A DNA stretch of 54,252 bases from Omnitrophica bacterium GWA2_41_15 (GCA_919902105.1 CAKKQO010000004.1:4180-58431), one strand, 5' to 3'; numbered from the stretch's first letter, positions 44,133 to 52,414 are shown. Numbers and translations are program-made. Notes: a model not told the origin generated them from the sequence alone.

Positions 44133-45224
44133 ATTGGTTAAAATGTTTTTTAAAGCATAAAGTAGCCGCTTATTTTCTCTTCTTGTCTTGACCGCTACCC
44201 TAAAATAGCTGTTATTCAATCCGCGAAAGTTACTGCAGTCTCGGATAAAAATACCCTGCCGCGCTAACTTCGTAAATAAGCCTTTAGAGTTAATTTTTTT
44301 GTTATTTATGCGGCAGAGGATAAAATTTACTGAAGGATAAAATGGCGTAATTTGGCCAATCTCGCTTAATTTTTTGAATAAAAAGTCCTTTTCTTTTTTG
44401 ATAAACGTGCGTGTCCGATTTATGTAGTCAGTTTCAGAAATAACCGAAATTACTGTGTCTTGCGCCAAAGAATTAACGGCCCAAGGAAAGCAAAATTTGC
44501 TTAATCGGTTAATCATCTTTTTATGCGCGGTAATATAGCCGATTCTTAAACCGGCAAGGGCAAAAAATTTCGTTAATGAACCCAAGACAATAATATTCTT
44601 ATGGTTAGGTCGGTATTCCAGCAAAGAAGCTTTAGCCGGCTCATCCAGAAAATCAATAAATGCCTCATCTACTACTAAAATTGCGTTCTCTCGCGCGCAT
44701 TTTTTTGCCAAATAGAACAAATCTTCCCGCGCTAAGGTTGTGCCGGTGGGATTATTGGGGTTACAAATAAAAAGTGCCCCTCTGCCGGGTATTTTTTTTG
44801 CCAGCCGGTCAATGTTTAGCCTAAACCCATTTTGCTGGGTGGTATTAAAATATAGACACCTGCCTCCGTTCATTTTAATTGCCCGTTCGTATTCGCTAAA
44901 TGTAGGAGTAACAATAAGAGAGAGCTTCTTTGTCATAAGACGGCTAGTAAGATATATGGCTTCAATTGAGCCGTTAGTAATTAAAAGGCTGCTTTTACCT
45001 ATGCCTGCGCGCTGGGCGATTTTTTCGCGCGCACTTTGAGAATAATCTTGGGGGTAATTAGCGGCAAGATGGAAATTATCACGTAATAATTTCTTTATTG
45101 CGCCAGGCGGACCCAACGGATTAAGGCTGGCGCTAAAATCAAGGATTTTGCTCCCAGATAAATCAAACTTCTTCTTCCATGTGTCTATGTTTGCGCCGTG
45201 AGCTTGCACCGTTAGAGATGACAT
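44097..45224 (-). CDS. cobD: threonine-phosphate decarboxylase (class I/II aminotransferase fold)
   Basis: HGANI, CNPNNPTG, SLTKFFALAGLRIGY motifs; the last 11 codons are hairpin sequence. Confidence 0.8.
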   Translation of the reverse strand: MSSLTVQAHGANIDTWKKKFDLSGSKILDFSASLNPLGPPGAIKKLLRDNFHLAANYPQDYSQSAREKIAQRAGIGKSSLLITNGSIEAIYLTSRLMTKKLSLIVTPTFSEYERAIKMNGGRCLYFNTTQQNGFRLNIDRLAKKIPGRGALFICNPNNPTGTTLAREDLFYLAKKCARENAILVVDEAFIDFLDEPAKASLLEYRPNHKNIIVLGSLTKFFALAGLRIGYITAHKKMINRLSKFCFPWAVNSLAQDTVISVISETDYINRTRTFIKKEKDFLFKKLSEIGQITPFYPSVNFILCRINNKKINSKGLFTKLARQGIFIRDCSNFRGLNNSYFRVAVKTRRENKRLLYALKNILTNHTYAVCAMHTA

Positions 45225-45296
45225 ATATACTAGTTATGCTTTATTTTTGTTTAATATGGAAAATATTCTGTTTTGCGATTATCCCTATTGTTGACG

Positions 45297-45332
45297 GTCG
45301 CCACATCGGCGACCTATCTCTAACTGGGTAAA
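45297..45332. repeat. GC hairpin + conserved 18-mer TATCTCTAACTGGGTAAA (second copy of the module at 12424-12459)
   Basis: GGTCGCC-acatc-GGCGACC then an 18-mer matching the reverse complement of 12424-12441 at 17/18. Confidence 0.6.
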
Positions 45333-45334
45333 GA

Positions 45335-46081
45335 TTAGATAAATCTATTTAAAATTATTAAAATAAATAAAACAAGAACTTCTATAATTTCATTTATTGC
45401 GCCGAGCGTGTCTCCAGTAAGTCCGCCGAACCGCGATGAAAAAAACTTACCGAGTAAAAATGCAAAAATAGTTACCGCAAGAAATAAGTAGATTCCATTA
45501 AGCCATAGTAACAGAATAGATAATAATAACGTGATAAATCCGGCAACCAAAAATATTCTGTTATTCATCGCTGAAAAAAATACTTTTGCCTTTCCGCTAT
45601 CTCTGGCATAGCTAAACCCATGTATGCAGAAAACCTGTGTCCACCGGCTTAAGGCGCACATGCTTAATAAGGCGGGGAACTTTATAAAACTGCCTGTCTC
45701 GGAAAGAAACAATATTTTAAGAAGCATAACGTTGATAAGCGCTAAAACTCCCATTGTGCCGATATGGCTATCACGCATAACCTCGAGCTTTCCGGCTCTG
45801 TCGCGGTTTACGGATAACGCATCGAAAGTATCGGCTAACCCGTCTAAATGTAAACCACCGCTAATCAATGCCGAGAGAATAACTACAATCGTGCTGCTTA
45901 CAAGCGGGCTTGCGTATAACGTTGATCTGAGCGCCTTATCGGCTATGAACAAGATTAATCCGATAACGAGTCCGGCCAAAGGAAAAAATACGCAAGATGC
46001 GGCGAGCTCATCGTCTTTGGCGCGCGGCGTCTTTATGGGGATAATGGTTAAAAATTGAAGTGCGATTAAAAAAGCAGCCAT
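45335..46081 (-). CDS. cobS: adenosylcobinamide-GDP ribazoletransferase (cobalamin synthase)
   Basis: LQFLTIIP, GGLHLDGLADTFD motifs; 248-aa multi-TM protein. Confidence 0.85.
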   Translation of the reverse strand: MAAFLIALQFLTIIPIKTPRAKDDELAASCVFFPLAGLVIGLILFIADKALRSTLYASPLVSSTIVVILSALISGGLHLDGLADTFDALSVNRDRAGKLEVMRDSHIGTMGVLALINVMLLKILFLSETGSFIKFPALLSMCALSRWTQVFCIHGFSYARDSGKAKVFFSAMNNRIFLVAGFITLLLSILLLWLNGIYLFLAVTIFAFLLGKFFSSRFGGLTGDTLGAINEIIEVLVLFILIILNRFI

Positions 46082-47181
46082 TACTTATCCTTCTCTGATA
46101 CGCCGGCATCTTTAAAGGTAGCCATTTGATTTAAAATTTTTACACTTGCCTCAATAATGCTCATACCTAAGGCAGCGCCTGTTCCCTCGCCAAGCCGTAG
46201 ATTTAAATCCAGAATTGGGCTAAGCCCCAAATATTTTAAGACTGCTTTATGCCCGATTTCAACTGAACAATGCGCGGCTAGCATATAATCTTTTGTTTTT
46301 GGCTCAACCAGATAAGCAATCAATGCCGCCGAGCCCGAAATAAAACCATCGATTACAACCGGAACCTTATGGGATGCCGCCGCTAAAATCACACCCGCCA
46401 ATCCCCCGATTTCAAAACCGCCGACTTTAGCTAAAATATCGAGCGCGTCATTAGGATTCGGCCGGTTAACATTTATTGCCTCTTTTATTACCCTGATTTT
46501 ATTCACCAGGCCTTTATCGTCAATTCCGGTGCCGCGGCCGGTAACATCTTCTACTTTTTGCATAGTAATTACCGCGGTTATGGCGCTTGCGGCAGTAGTA
46601 TTAGCAATGCCCATTTCTCCGGTTCCAATAATATCAATGCCTTTTCCGCCAAAGGCGGATCCGCCTCCGGCGGAAAACTCCTCCTCAAATATTCCTATAC
46701 CGGCTTCAATTGACTTTATTGCCTCATCTTTCGTCATCGCCGGGCCTTTCACCATATTCTTCGTTCCGAAGGCAATTTTCTTCTCATGAAATTTTTCATT
46801 TTTTCCGCCTTCTGCGGAAATTTTCTCTGTGACGCCTAAATCCACAACCACAACCTGCGCGCCAACGTGCTTCGCTAAAACATTTATCCCCGCTCCCCCG
46901 CGCAAGAAATTATAAACCATCTGCGCGGTTACCGCTTGCGGAAAGGCGCTTACGCCTTCCGCCGCTACGCCATGGTCGGCGGCAAAGGTAAAAATTACTT
47001 TGTTTTTTAACAAAGGTGTTTCTTCTCCGGTCATGCCAACGATAACCTTTGCGATTTCTTCAAGCCGTCCCAAACTTCCCCGTGGTTTGGTAAGGTTATC
47101 AAGCCGCGCCTGCGCCTTGTCCATCAATGTCATATCAATATTGGTTATTTTTTTAACCGTTTGTTCGATTATGCCTGTCAT
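46081..47181 (-). CDS. cobT: nicotinate-nucleotide--dimethylbenzimidazole phosphoribosyltransferase
   Basis: KPRGSLGRLEE, GTGEMGIANTT, LGEGTGAAL motifs. Confidence 0.9.
   Translation of the reverse strand: MTGIIEQTVKKITNIDMTLMDKAQARLDNLTKPRGSLGRLEEIAKVIVGMTGEETPLLKNKVIFTFAADHGVAAEGVSAFPQAVTAQMVYNFLRGGAGINVLAKHVGAQVVVVDLGVTEKISAEGGKNEKFHEKKIAFGTKNMVKGPAMTKDEAIKSIEAGIGIFEEEFSAGGGSAFGGKGIDIIGTGEMGIANTTAASAITAVITMQKVEDVTGRGTGIDDKGLVNKIRVIKEAINVNRPNPNDALDILAKVGGFEIGGLAGVILAAASHKVPVVIDGFISGSAALIAYLVEPKTKDYMLAAHCSVEIGHKAVLKYLGLSPILDLNLRLGEGTGAALGMSIIEASVKILNQMATFKDAGVSEKDK
46645..46674. repeat. tandem pair of 15-nt palindromic units TCCGCC-NNN-GGCGGA inside cobT
   Basis: TCCGCCaaaGGCGGA TCCGCCtccGGCGGA; encodes the Gly-rich loop SAGGGSAFGG. 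Confidence 0.8.
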
Positions 47182-47192
47182 TTGCGTCCTTT

Positions 47193-47711
47193 CTATTTTA
47201 TCTTCATCGGGATGCCCGAGGCCACAAAAAACACCTCATCGGCGCCTCTCGCCATAATCTGGTTTACTTTGCCGGCGATATCGCGGAAATCCCGCGCTAA
47301 TTTATTCTCCGGCACAATTCCCATGCCGACTTCGTTAGAAATAATTATCGCGTTTGCTTTAGAACTTTTAGCCGCGGCGACTATTTCTTTGGCTCTTTTG
47401 GCAATTGTCTTCTGGCTTAATCCGCCTAAACTGAGCTTGGAAACCAAAAGCGTCAGGCAATCAATTAACAGGCAATCAAAACTTTTGGCTATTTTTTTAA
47501 TTAATGGCACCGGATTACACGGCTCTTCAAAGGTTTTCCAACCCCTGGGCCTTGTTTTTTTATGCAGTGCGATACGTGCCCTCATTTCATTATCTAAGGG
47601 CTCGGCTGTCGCGATAAAAGCAACTTTTTGTTTGTATGCTTTCGCTAATTTTAAAGCGAAAGTGCTTTTTCCGCTTCTGGCACCCCCTAAAATAAGAGTT
47701 AATTTTCCCAT
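47193..47711 (-). CDS. cobU: adenosylcobinamide kinase / adenosylcobinamide-phosphate guanylyltransferase
   Basis: LILGGARSGKS P-loop, 172 aa. Confidence 0.9.
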   Translation of the reverse strand: MGKLTLILGGARSGKSTFALKLAKAYKQKVAFIATAEPLDNEMRARIALHKKTRPRGWKTFEEPCNPVPLIKKIAKSFDCLLIDCLTLLVSKLSLGGLSQKTIAKRAKEIVAAAKSSKANAIIISNEVGMGIVPENKLARDFRDIAGKVNQIMARGADEVFFVASGIPMKIK

Positions 47712-48310
47712 TAGTTTAGATGATTAGTATCGTTAAACAGCGCTATTTTTAGCTTTCTATTTTTGTATTCTATTATCGTGATACTGGCTGAGTGAGGGAT
47801 GTGCTTCCAAAAATCTTTTTTACCCAATATATGGGTAATAAATACGCTGATTACACCGCCATGGCAAACTATCGCGGTAGATCTGCCGGAATTTTTCCGG
47901 GTAATCGCTTTAAACTCAGAAATAACCCTTTTCCTAAAATCGATTAATTTTTCCCCTTTCGGCGCATGATTTTTATAGGGGTCACTTAGCCATTTTTTAT
48001 AAACAGCGGCATATTTTCTTAGGATTTGTTTGTGGGTTAGCCCCTCAAAACGGCCAAAGTGAATTTCACGTAAATCAGGGATTTTTTCTATCACTTTTGA
48101 GCCATTGAATATAATTTTAGCGGTTTGCACAGCGCGCTTACGGTCGCTTGTATAAACCCTATGGACGATTTCGTCTTTTAACCGGTGGCGAAGTTTTTCT
48201 GCTTGTATCTTCCCCTTTTTGCTTAAGCCGATATCATTAGTGCCGCAATAGCGCTTTTTGGCATTCCAAACCGTTTCTCCATGGCGGATTAAGATTAATT
48301 TTGTCGACAT
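47711..48310 (-). CDS. cobC: alpha-ribazole phosphatase (histidine phosphatase family)
   Basis: LILIRHGETVWN; start set at MSTKL because the ORF-track extension overlaps the riboswitch terminator. Confidence 0.8.
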   Translation of the reverse strand: MSTKLILIRHGETVWNAKKRYCGTNDIGLSKKGKIQAEKLRHRLKDEIVHRVYTSDRKRAVQTAKIIFNGSKVIEKIPDLREIHFGRFEGLTHKQILRKYAAVYKKWLSDPYKNHAPKGEKLIDFRKRVISEFKAITRKNSGRSTAIVCHGGVISVFITHILGKKDFWKHIPHSASITIIEYKNRKLKIALFNDTNHLN

Positions 48311-48316
48311 AAATAT

Positions 48317-48357
48317 AAAACCCCCGTATCTTGCGTTATCATGCAAAACAGCGGGGG
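48317..48357 (-). terminator. riboswitch expression-platform terminator
   Basis: Minus-sense CCCCCG...CGGGGG stem followed by UUUUAUAUUU, ending 7 nt before the cobC ATG. Confidence 0.6.
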
Positions 48358-48406
48358 TCGCACCCTAATTTAAGCTATCGCCCTTCCGCGCGGAAATAAT
48401 CCCAAA

Positions 48407-48550
48407 TATAGGCAGGTCTTCTGGCTACCGGATCACTCTAATTGCCAAGCCTTCCCGGCCCGAAACTTCTGGTCAGTGGCATCTTTGGCTTTCGTCCCCG
48501 GATACAGCGGCGGGACCGCTCCTGCTTCCACAGGATTCCCTTTACCTATA
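48407..48550 (-). promoter_or_regulatory. cobalamin riboswitch aptamer
   Basis: Minus-sense UAUAGGUAAAGGGAAUCCUGUGGAAGCAGGAGCGGUCCCGCCGCUGUA...GCCACUG...GGGAAGGC...AGCCAGAAGACCUGCCUAUA: conserved GGGAA, GCCACUG and AGCCAG-N-ACCUGCC (B12 box) blocks, P1 UAUAGG/CCUAUA. Confidence 0.85.
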
Positions 48551-48566
48551 ACTAATTGTTCTTATA

Positions 48567-48595
48567 ACAATACTACTTTAAATTTAATCTGTCAA
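48567..48595 (-). promoter_or_regulatory. sigma70-like promoter driving the riboswitch and cob operon
   Basis: Minus-sense TTGACA (48595-48590), 17-nt spacer, TATTGT (48572-48567). Confidence 0.5.
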
Positions 48596-48620
48596 TGATT
48601 TTATACGTTTTATACGTTTT

Positions 48621-49265
48621 TTATTCGCGATGATAGCCGTATTTCCCCAGTAAAGGCACAAAGGCGCAGCCGCAGATTTGTTCTTCTTTTAAGCCATCTT
48701 CCTTTTTCTCTATTAAGGTCAGTACCTGGGAAAAGCTCCCTCCCAAAGGAAGAACTAACTTGCCGCCTTCACTTAATTGTTTAACTAATGGCGGCGGGAC
48801 ATTGTCAGATGCGGCAGTTACAATGATTGCCTGATAAGGAGAAAATTCTTCCCAGCCTAAAGTGCCGTCACCTAACTTAGTAGATATATTGATGATGCCT
48901 AAATCCTTAAAAATTTCCTTTGCCCTTGCAAGTAATACCTCTATGCGCTCTACAGTATAAACATGGGCAGATAATCTTGCCAAAATTGCCGTCTGATAAC
49001 CTGAGCCCGTACCGATTTCTAACACTTTATCTTCGGCGTTCAACCTCAAACTTTCAGTCATCAGGGCAACAATATAAGGTTGAGAAATGGTCTGTCCTTG
49101 CCCTATGCTTAAAGGGCAATCTTCGTAACTATCACTCTCTAAATCCTGGGGGACAAATTTATGCCGCGGTACTTCCCTTAAAGCGCAGATTACTCTTTCA
49201 TCTCTTATCCCGCGGTGAACAATTTGGCGCTCTACCATTAATTGCCTTAATCTATCGAAATCCAT
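48621..49265 (-). CDS. pcm: protein-L-isoaspartate O-methyltransferase
   Basis: VPRHKFVP, ISQPYIVALM, VLEIGTGSGYQTAILA. Confidence 0.9.
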   Translation of the reverse strand: MDFDRLRQLMVERQIVHRGIRDERVICALREVPRHKFVPQDLESDSYEDCPLSIGQGQTISQPYIVALMTESLRLNAEDKVLEIGTGSGYQTAILARLSAHVYTVERIEVLLARAKEIFKDLGIINISTKLGDGTLGWEEFSPYQAIIVTAASDNVPPPLVKQLSEGGKLVLPLGGSFSQVLTLIEKKEDGLKEEQICGCAFVPLLGKYGYHRE

Positions 49266-50004
49266 GCTGTTCTTTTTTTGTAAAAAGCAATCTCAGATAA
49301 GTTTTGATAAAACGCAGGGTGTCTAACACCGGGTGGATTTGGCTCTTTTCGCCTTGATATATAGTTTCAATAGGAAGAGATTCAATCTTATATCCTTTTT
49401 TTGCCGCCTCAATTAATATTTCGGATTCCATATCGTATCTGGCAGCCAAAAGGGTAATGTTTTCTAGCACTATTTTCTGGATAAGACGGAAACCGCATTG
49501 TGTATCGGGGATATTTTGGCCTGAGGCGCGGGAAATCAACCAAGACATAAACCTATTGGTAATAATCCGGGCGAGCGGCATATTTTCGGTATTACGCATC
49601 CGGTTGCCCACCACCATATCGGCATTGGTCTTCTTGCGCATCTGGATAAAATCTTTTATAGACTCCGGGTTATGCTGACCGTCAGCATCCAAGGTAACGA
49701 TAGTCTGATATTGGGATTTTAAGGCATATTCAAAGCCGCGCCGAAGAGCGGACCCCTTACCTTGATTCTTCTCGCTTTTTAATACCACTGCCCCTTTTGC
49801 CTGGGCCATATCCGCAGTGGCATCGCTAGAGCCGTCATCAACTACCACTACAGTTAACCCGATGTTTTTTATACGCTCTATCAGCGAGGCAATAACCTTT
49901 TCTTCATTATAAGCTGGAATAATTACGCAAGTATCATTCATTTTCGAGATTAATCGCAGGCATTCATATCCACCGGCTCCCAGAATCTTCTGAACATCAA
50001 CCAT
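49252..50004 (-). CDS. family 2 glycosyltransferase (polyprenyl-phosphate sugar synthase-like)
   Basis: VIIPAYNEE, VVVDDGSSD, LDADGQH; start may be the ATG at 49941. Confidence 0.8.
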   Translation of the reverse strand: MVDVQKILGAGGYECLRLISKMNDTCVIIPAYNEEKVIASLIERIKNIGLTVVVVDDGSSDATADMAQAKGAVVLKSEKNQGKGSALRRGFEYALKSQYQTIVTLDADGQHNPESIKDFIQMRKKTNADMVVGNRMRNTENMPLARIITNRFMSWLISRASGQNIPDTQCGFRLIQKIVLENITLLAARYDMESEILIEAAKKGYKIESLPIETIYQGEKSQIHPVLDTLRFIKTYLRLLFTKKEQHGFR

Positions 50005-50828
50005 TGCTCAGGGCAAAGCCTAATATATTTTTCCAATATACTGATGTATTTCTTGGTAAGCTCTCTTATATCTTTTTCTTCATCGCCGCTGGGTGTGATC
50101 TCTACCGGGCCTTCATATTTAAACTTAAACCTGCCTTTTTTTTCTCTTAACATTATGCCTACTAACAGAGAAGCGTTAGTTTTCAGGGAAAATGCCGCAG
50201 GGCCCTTGGGTATAATCGTAGGCTTACCAAAGAAATCTATAGAGATACCAGCTTGGGTAAAATCCCGGTCGCCTACTAAAGCCAGCATTTTGTTATCCTT
50301 TAATGCATATATGCATCTAAATGCGGCATTTCCCAGAGGGATAACTCCAAGGCCCTTACGCTCTCTCTGATTAGTGAAGAAGTCGTTGATGCGAATATTA
50401 CGATGCGTAAGCGCAACGCAGACTATAGGGTATCCAAGAATCGCCATCGTAATACCGGCCAATTCCCAATTACCGATATGCGCAGTAACGACAATTACGC
50501 CGTTGCCCTTACTAAACGCTTTATCTACTATATCTAACCCCTCGATGGAAACTCTCTCTTTAATATAGTTTTTATCTATACGTTCAAAGCGGAAAAAATC
50601 TATTAGATATTTAGCAAAATTCCGAAAAACCTCCTTGGTATAAACTTTTATTAACTTATCGTCTGCCCCGGGTAAAACAAACTTAAGATTATCCCTTACG
50701 GCAGCTCTATCAACAGCCGAAAATAAACGATGTAAGTCTGCTAAAAAAACTGCTAACCCATAAGAAAGCCATAACGGAAAAATTACTGCCAGTTTTTCTC
50801 CTATTCGGTATAGAATAAAATTAAGCAT
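49950..50828 (-). CDS. LpxL/HtrB-family lysophospholipid / lipid A acyltransferase
   Basis: VVTAHIGNWELAG (HX4E-type motif of PF03279-like acyltransferases). Confidence 0.7.
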   Translation of the reverse strand: MLNFILYRIGEKLAVIFPLWLSYGLAVFLADLHRLFSAVDRAAVRDNLKFVLPGADDKLIKVYTKEVFRNFAKYLIDFFRFERIDKNYIKERVSIEGLDIVDKAFSKGNGVIVVTAHIGNWELAGITMAILGYPIVCVALTHRNIRINDFFTNQRERKGLGVIPLGNAAFRCIYALKDNKMLALVGDRDFTQAGISIDFFGKPTIIPKGPAAFSLKTNASLLVGIMLREKKGRFKFKYEGPVEITPSGDEEKDIRELTKKYISILEKYIRLCPEQWLMFRRFWEPVDMNACD

Positions 50829-51930
50829 TTTTTAAGATGAGGTCAGCGATGTCAAAAGCGGATTTTGGCTTGGCGATATATTTTAAGTTTTGCTGTATTA
50901 TAGCATATTTCTCTCTATCAGAAATTAAATTTTCCACTATTACCCCGACATCTTCGGCATTTTTTGCCCGAAAAGCAGAATTGTGCTTAAGCAGGTATTT
51001 TGTATTGTTTTCTTCTTGGCCCGGTATAGGATTAACGATAACAGGTATAACTCCTTTGGCTAAGGCCTCAGAAATTGTTAATCCGCCGGGCTTCGTAACT
51101 ATTATGGAAGAGACTTCCATTAATTCATCCACATTATCGGCGTAACTTAATAAAAAGTGTTTATTGCAAATTGGCATTTTTCTTAATTCATTATAAAGCT
51201 TGGTATTTGTCCCGGTTACTATAACTAATTGCAACTTAACGCCGATGCCATCCAAAGACTCGACTATTTTCTTTATCGGCCCTAAACCCTGTCCGCCGCC
51301 CATTACCAAGATTACCGGAAGAGTTACGTCCAGTCCGAGTCTTTGGGCTATTTCAACCTTATCTAACGATGTAGAGAACTTTGGATTTATGGGAATGCCA
51401 AGTAATTTAATTTTTTTGTCTTCCACGCCTAACTCAATCAGCCTATTTTTTGATTCTTCATTAGCCACGCTATAATAATCCACATTTTGATACAGCCAAT
51501 AAGAATGCGGGAGGAAATCGGTAACTATTGCTATAAGTGGCGTATTTAAACGATAGATCTTCTTAAAATCGGCAAACATCCCGCAAGGAAATGCCTGCGT
51601 ACAGGCAATAACATCCGGCTTAAATTCATCAAAGAGTTTTTTAATCTTTTTGGCATTAAATTTATGGATAAGGTTTTTGGCGTATTTAGTGCTTTTTACT
51701 ATTTTTGGGTTATCGTAAAGATGCTCCCAAATCTGAGGTATCCTTTTAATTATTGCCATATATAAACGATTAACGAATCGTTCTGAGTAAGGATTGGTGT
51801 AGTTAAAAAGGTTGGTGCTTAATACCGAGGCAGATGGTTCAATTATTTTTAACGCTTTTTCTACTGCATCTGCGGCAGCCTTATGTCCCGAGACATCGGA
51901 AATATGTGCGAGCAATACGCTTTTAGGCAT
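50821..51930 (-). CDS. MGDG-synthase-like diacylglycerol glycosyltransferase (GT28)
   Basis: N-terminal MGDG_synth-like region plus C-terminal GT-B (GGGQGLGP, TKPGGLTISEA); start set at the internal MPKSVLL. Confidence 0.7.
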   Translation of the reverse strand: MPKSVLLAHISDVSGHKAAADAVEKALKIIEPSASVLSTNLFNYTNPYSERFVNRLYMAIIKRIPQIWEHLYDNPKIVKSTKYAKNLIHKFNAKKIKKLFDEFKPDVIACTQAFPCGMFADFKKIYRLNTPLIAIVTDFLPHSYWLYQNVDYYSVANEESKNRLIELGVEDKKIKLLGIPINPKFSTSLDKVEIAQRLGLDVTLPVILVMGGGQGLGPIKKIVESLDGIGVKLQLVIVTGTNTKLYNELRKMPICNKHFLLSYADNVDELMEVSSIIVTKPGGLTISEALAKGVIPVIVNPIPGQEENNTKYLLKHNSAFRAKNAEDVGVIVENLISDREKYAIIQQNLKYIAKPKSAFDIADLILKNA

Positions 51931-51963
51931 AGAAAATATGATAACACAATTAATAAATAGAGT

Positions 51964-52077
51964 AAATAGGGACACATCCTATTTTTATCTTTAGAGGGAT
52001 TTATTATCTGGGGATTTGGATAGCCGAAAAAAAATAACAGATTTTCAAGGAAATAAAAATAGGATGTGTCCCTATTT
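51964..52077. repeat. 23-bp perfect inverted repeat separated by 68 nt
   Basis: AAATAGGGACACATCCTATTTTT (51964-51986) / AAAAATAGGATGTGTCCCTATTT (52055-52077). Confidence 0.9.
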
Positions 52078-52414
52078 ATTTATGGTTAGTAGTTGCCGAT
52101 ACTGGCGTAAGATTAATGGTGAGAGAGTGTGAAAATACTACAAAAAATAACTTGTTGTTGTTTACAAGATATAATCCCCCTTTGACACGGCAGAAAAATT
52201 TTTCATGATTGGTACGGGAATCTTTGATTTTTAATACATAAACCCTAGGGATGGGGAGTTCATCTTTTTTGGAGTCAGCGATGCTTTTAACTATATAGAC
52301 AAAACTTCTCCTAATCCTTGTCAAAACACCTTTATTCTCTACCACTTCACAGGTGGAAAGGATTCTTCTTTTTTTTGAGGTAGAAGTTAAATTTTTAAAA
52401 ACGATATTGCGCAT
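52076..52414 (-). CDS. hypothetical protein (112 aa)
   Basis: Open frame only; no recognisable motif; its stop lies in the right arm of the inverted repeat. Confidence 0.3.
   Translation of the reverse strand: MRNIVFKNLTSTSKKRRILSTCEVVENKGVLTRIRRSFVYIVKSIADSKKDELPIPRVYVLKIKDSRTNHEKFFCRVKGGLYLVNNNKLFFVVFSHSLTINLTPVSATTNHK

Noticed and set aside
36254-47727. Long plus-strand ORFs opposite cbiM (36254-36775), the SPASM gene (41076-41660), cobS (45624-46058) and cobU (47161-47727), with similar cases such as 52895-53407
   Set aside because: Each is fully antisense to a gene with clear family motifs. They have Ser/Pro/Leu/Ile-rich shadow-ORF composition and no initiation signals.
2409-48616. Short tandem tracts as CRISPR arrays
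   Set aside because: The units are 6-9 nt and directly abutting, with no spacers. There are no 24-40 nt repeats separated by unique spacers anywhere in the window, and no cas genes.
52076-52414. The 112-aa ORF as a transposase/toxin or PilZ-domain protein, with the nearby inverted repeat as its element ends
   Set aside because: The two repeat arms are adjacent to each other rather than flanking the ORF. No RRxxxR/DxSxxG or HUH/DDE motifs could be found.
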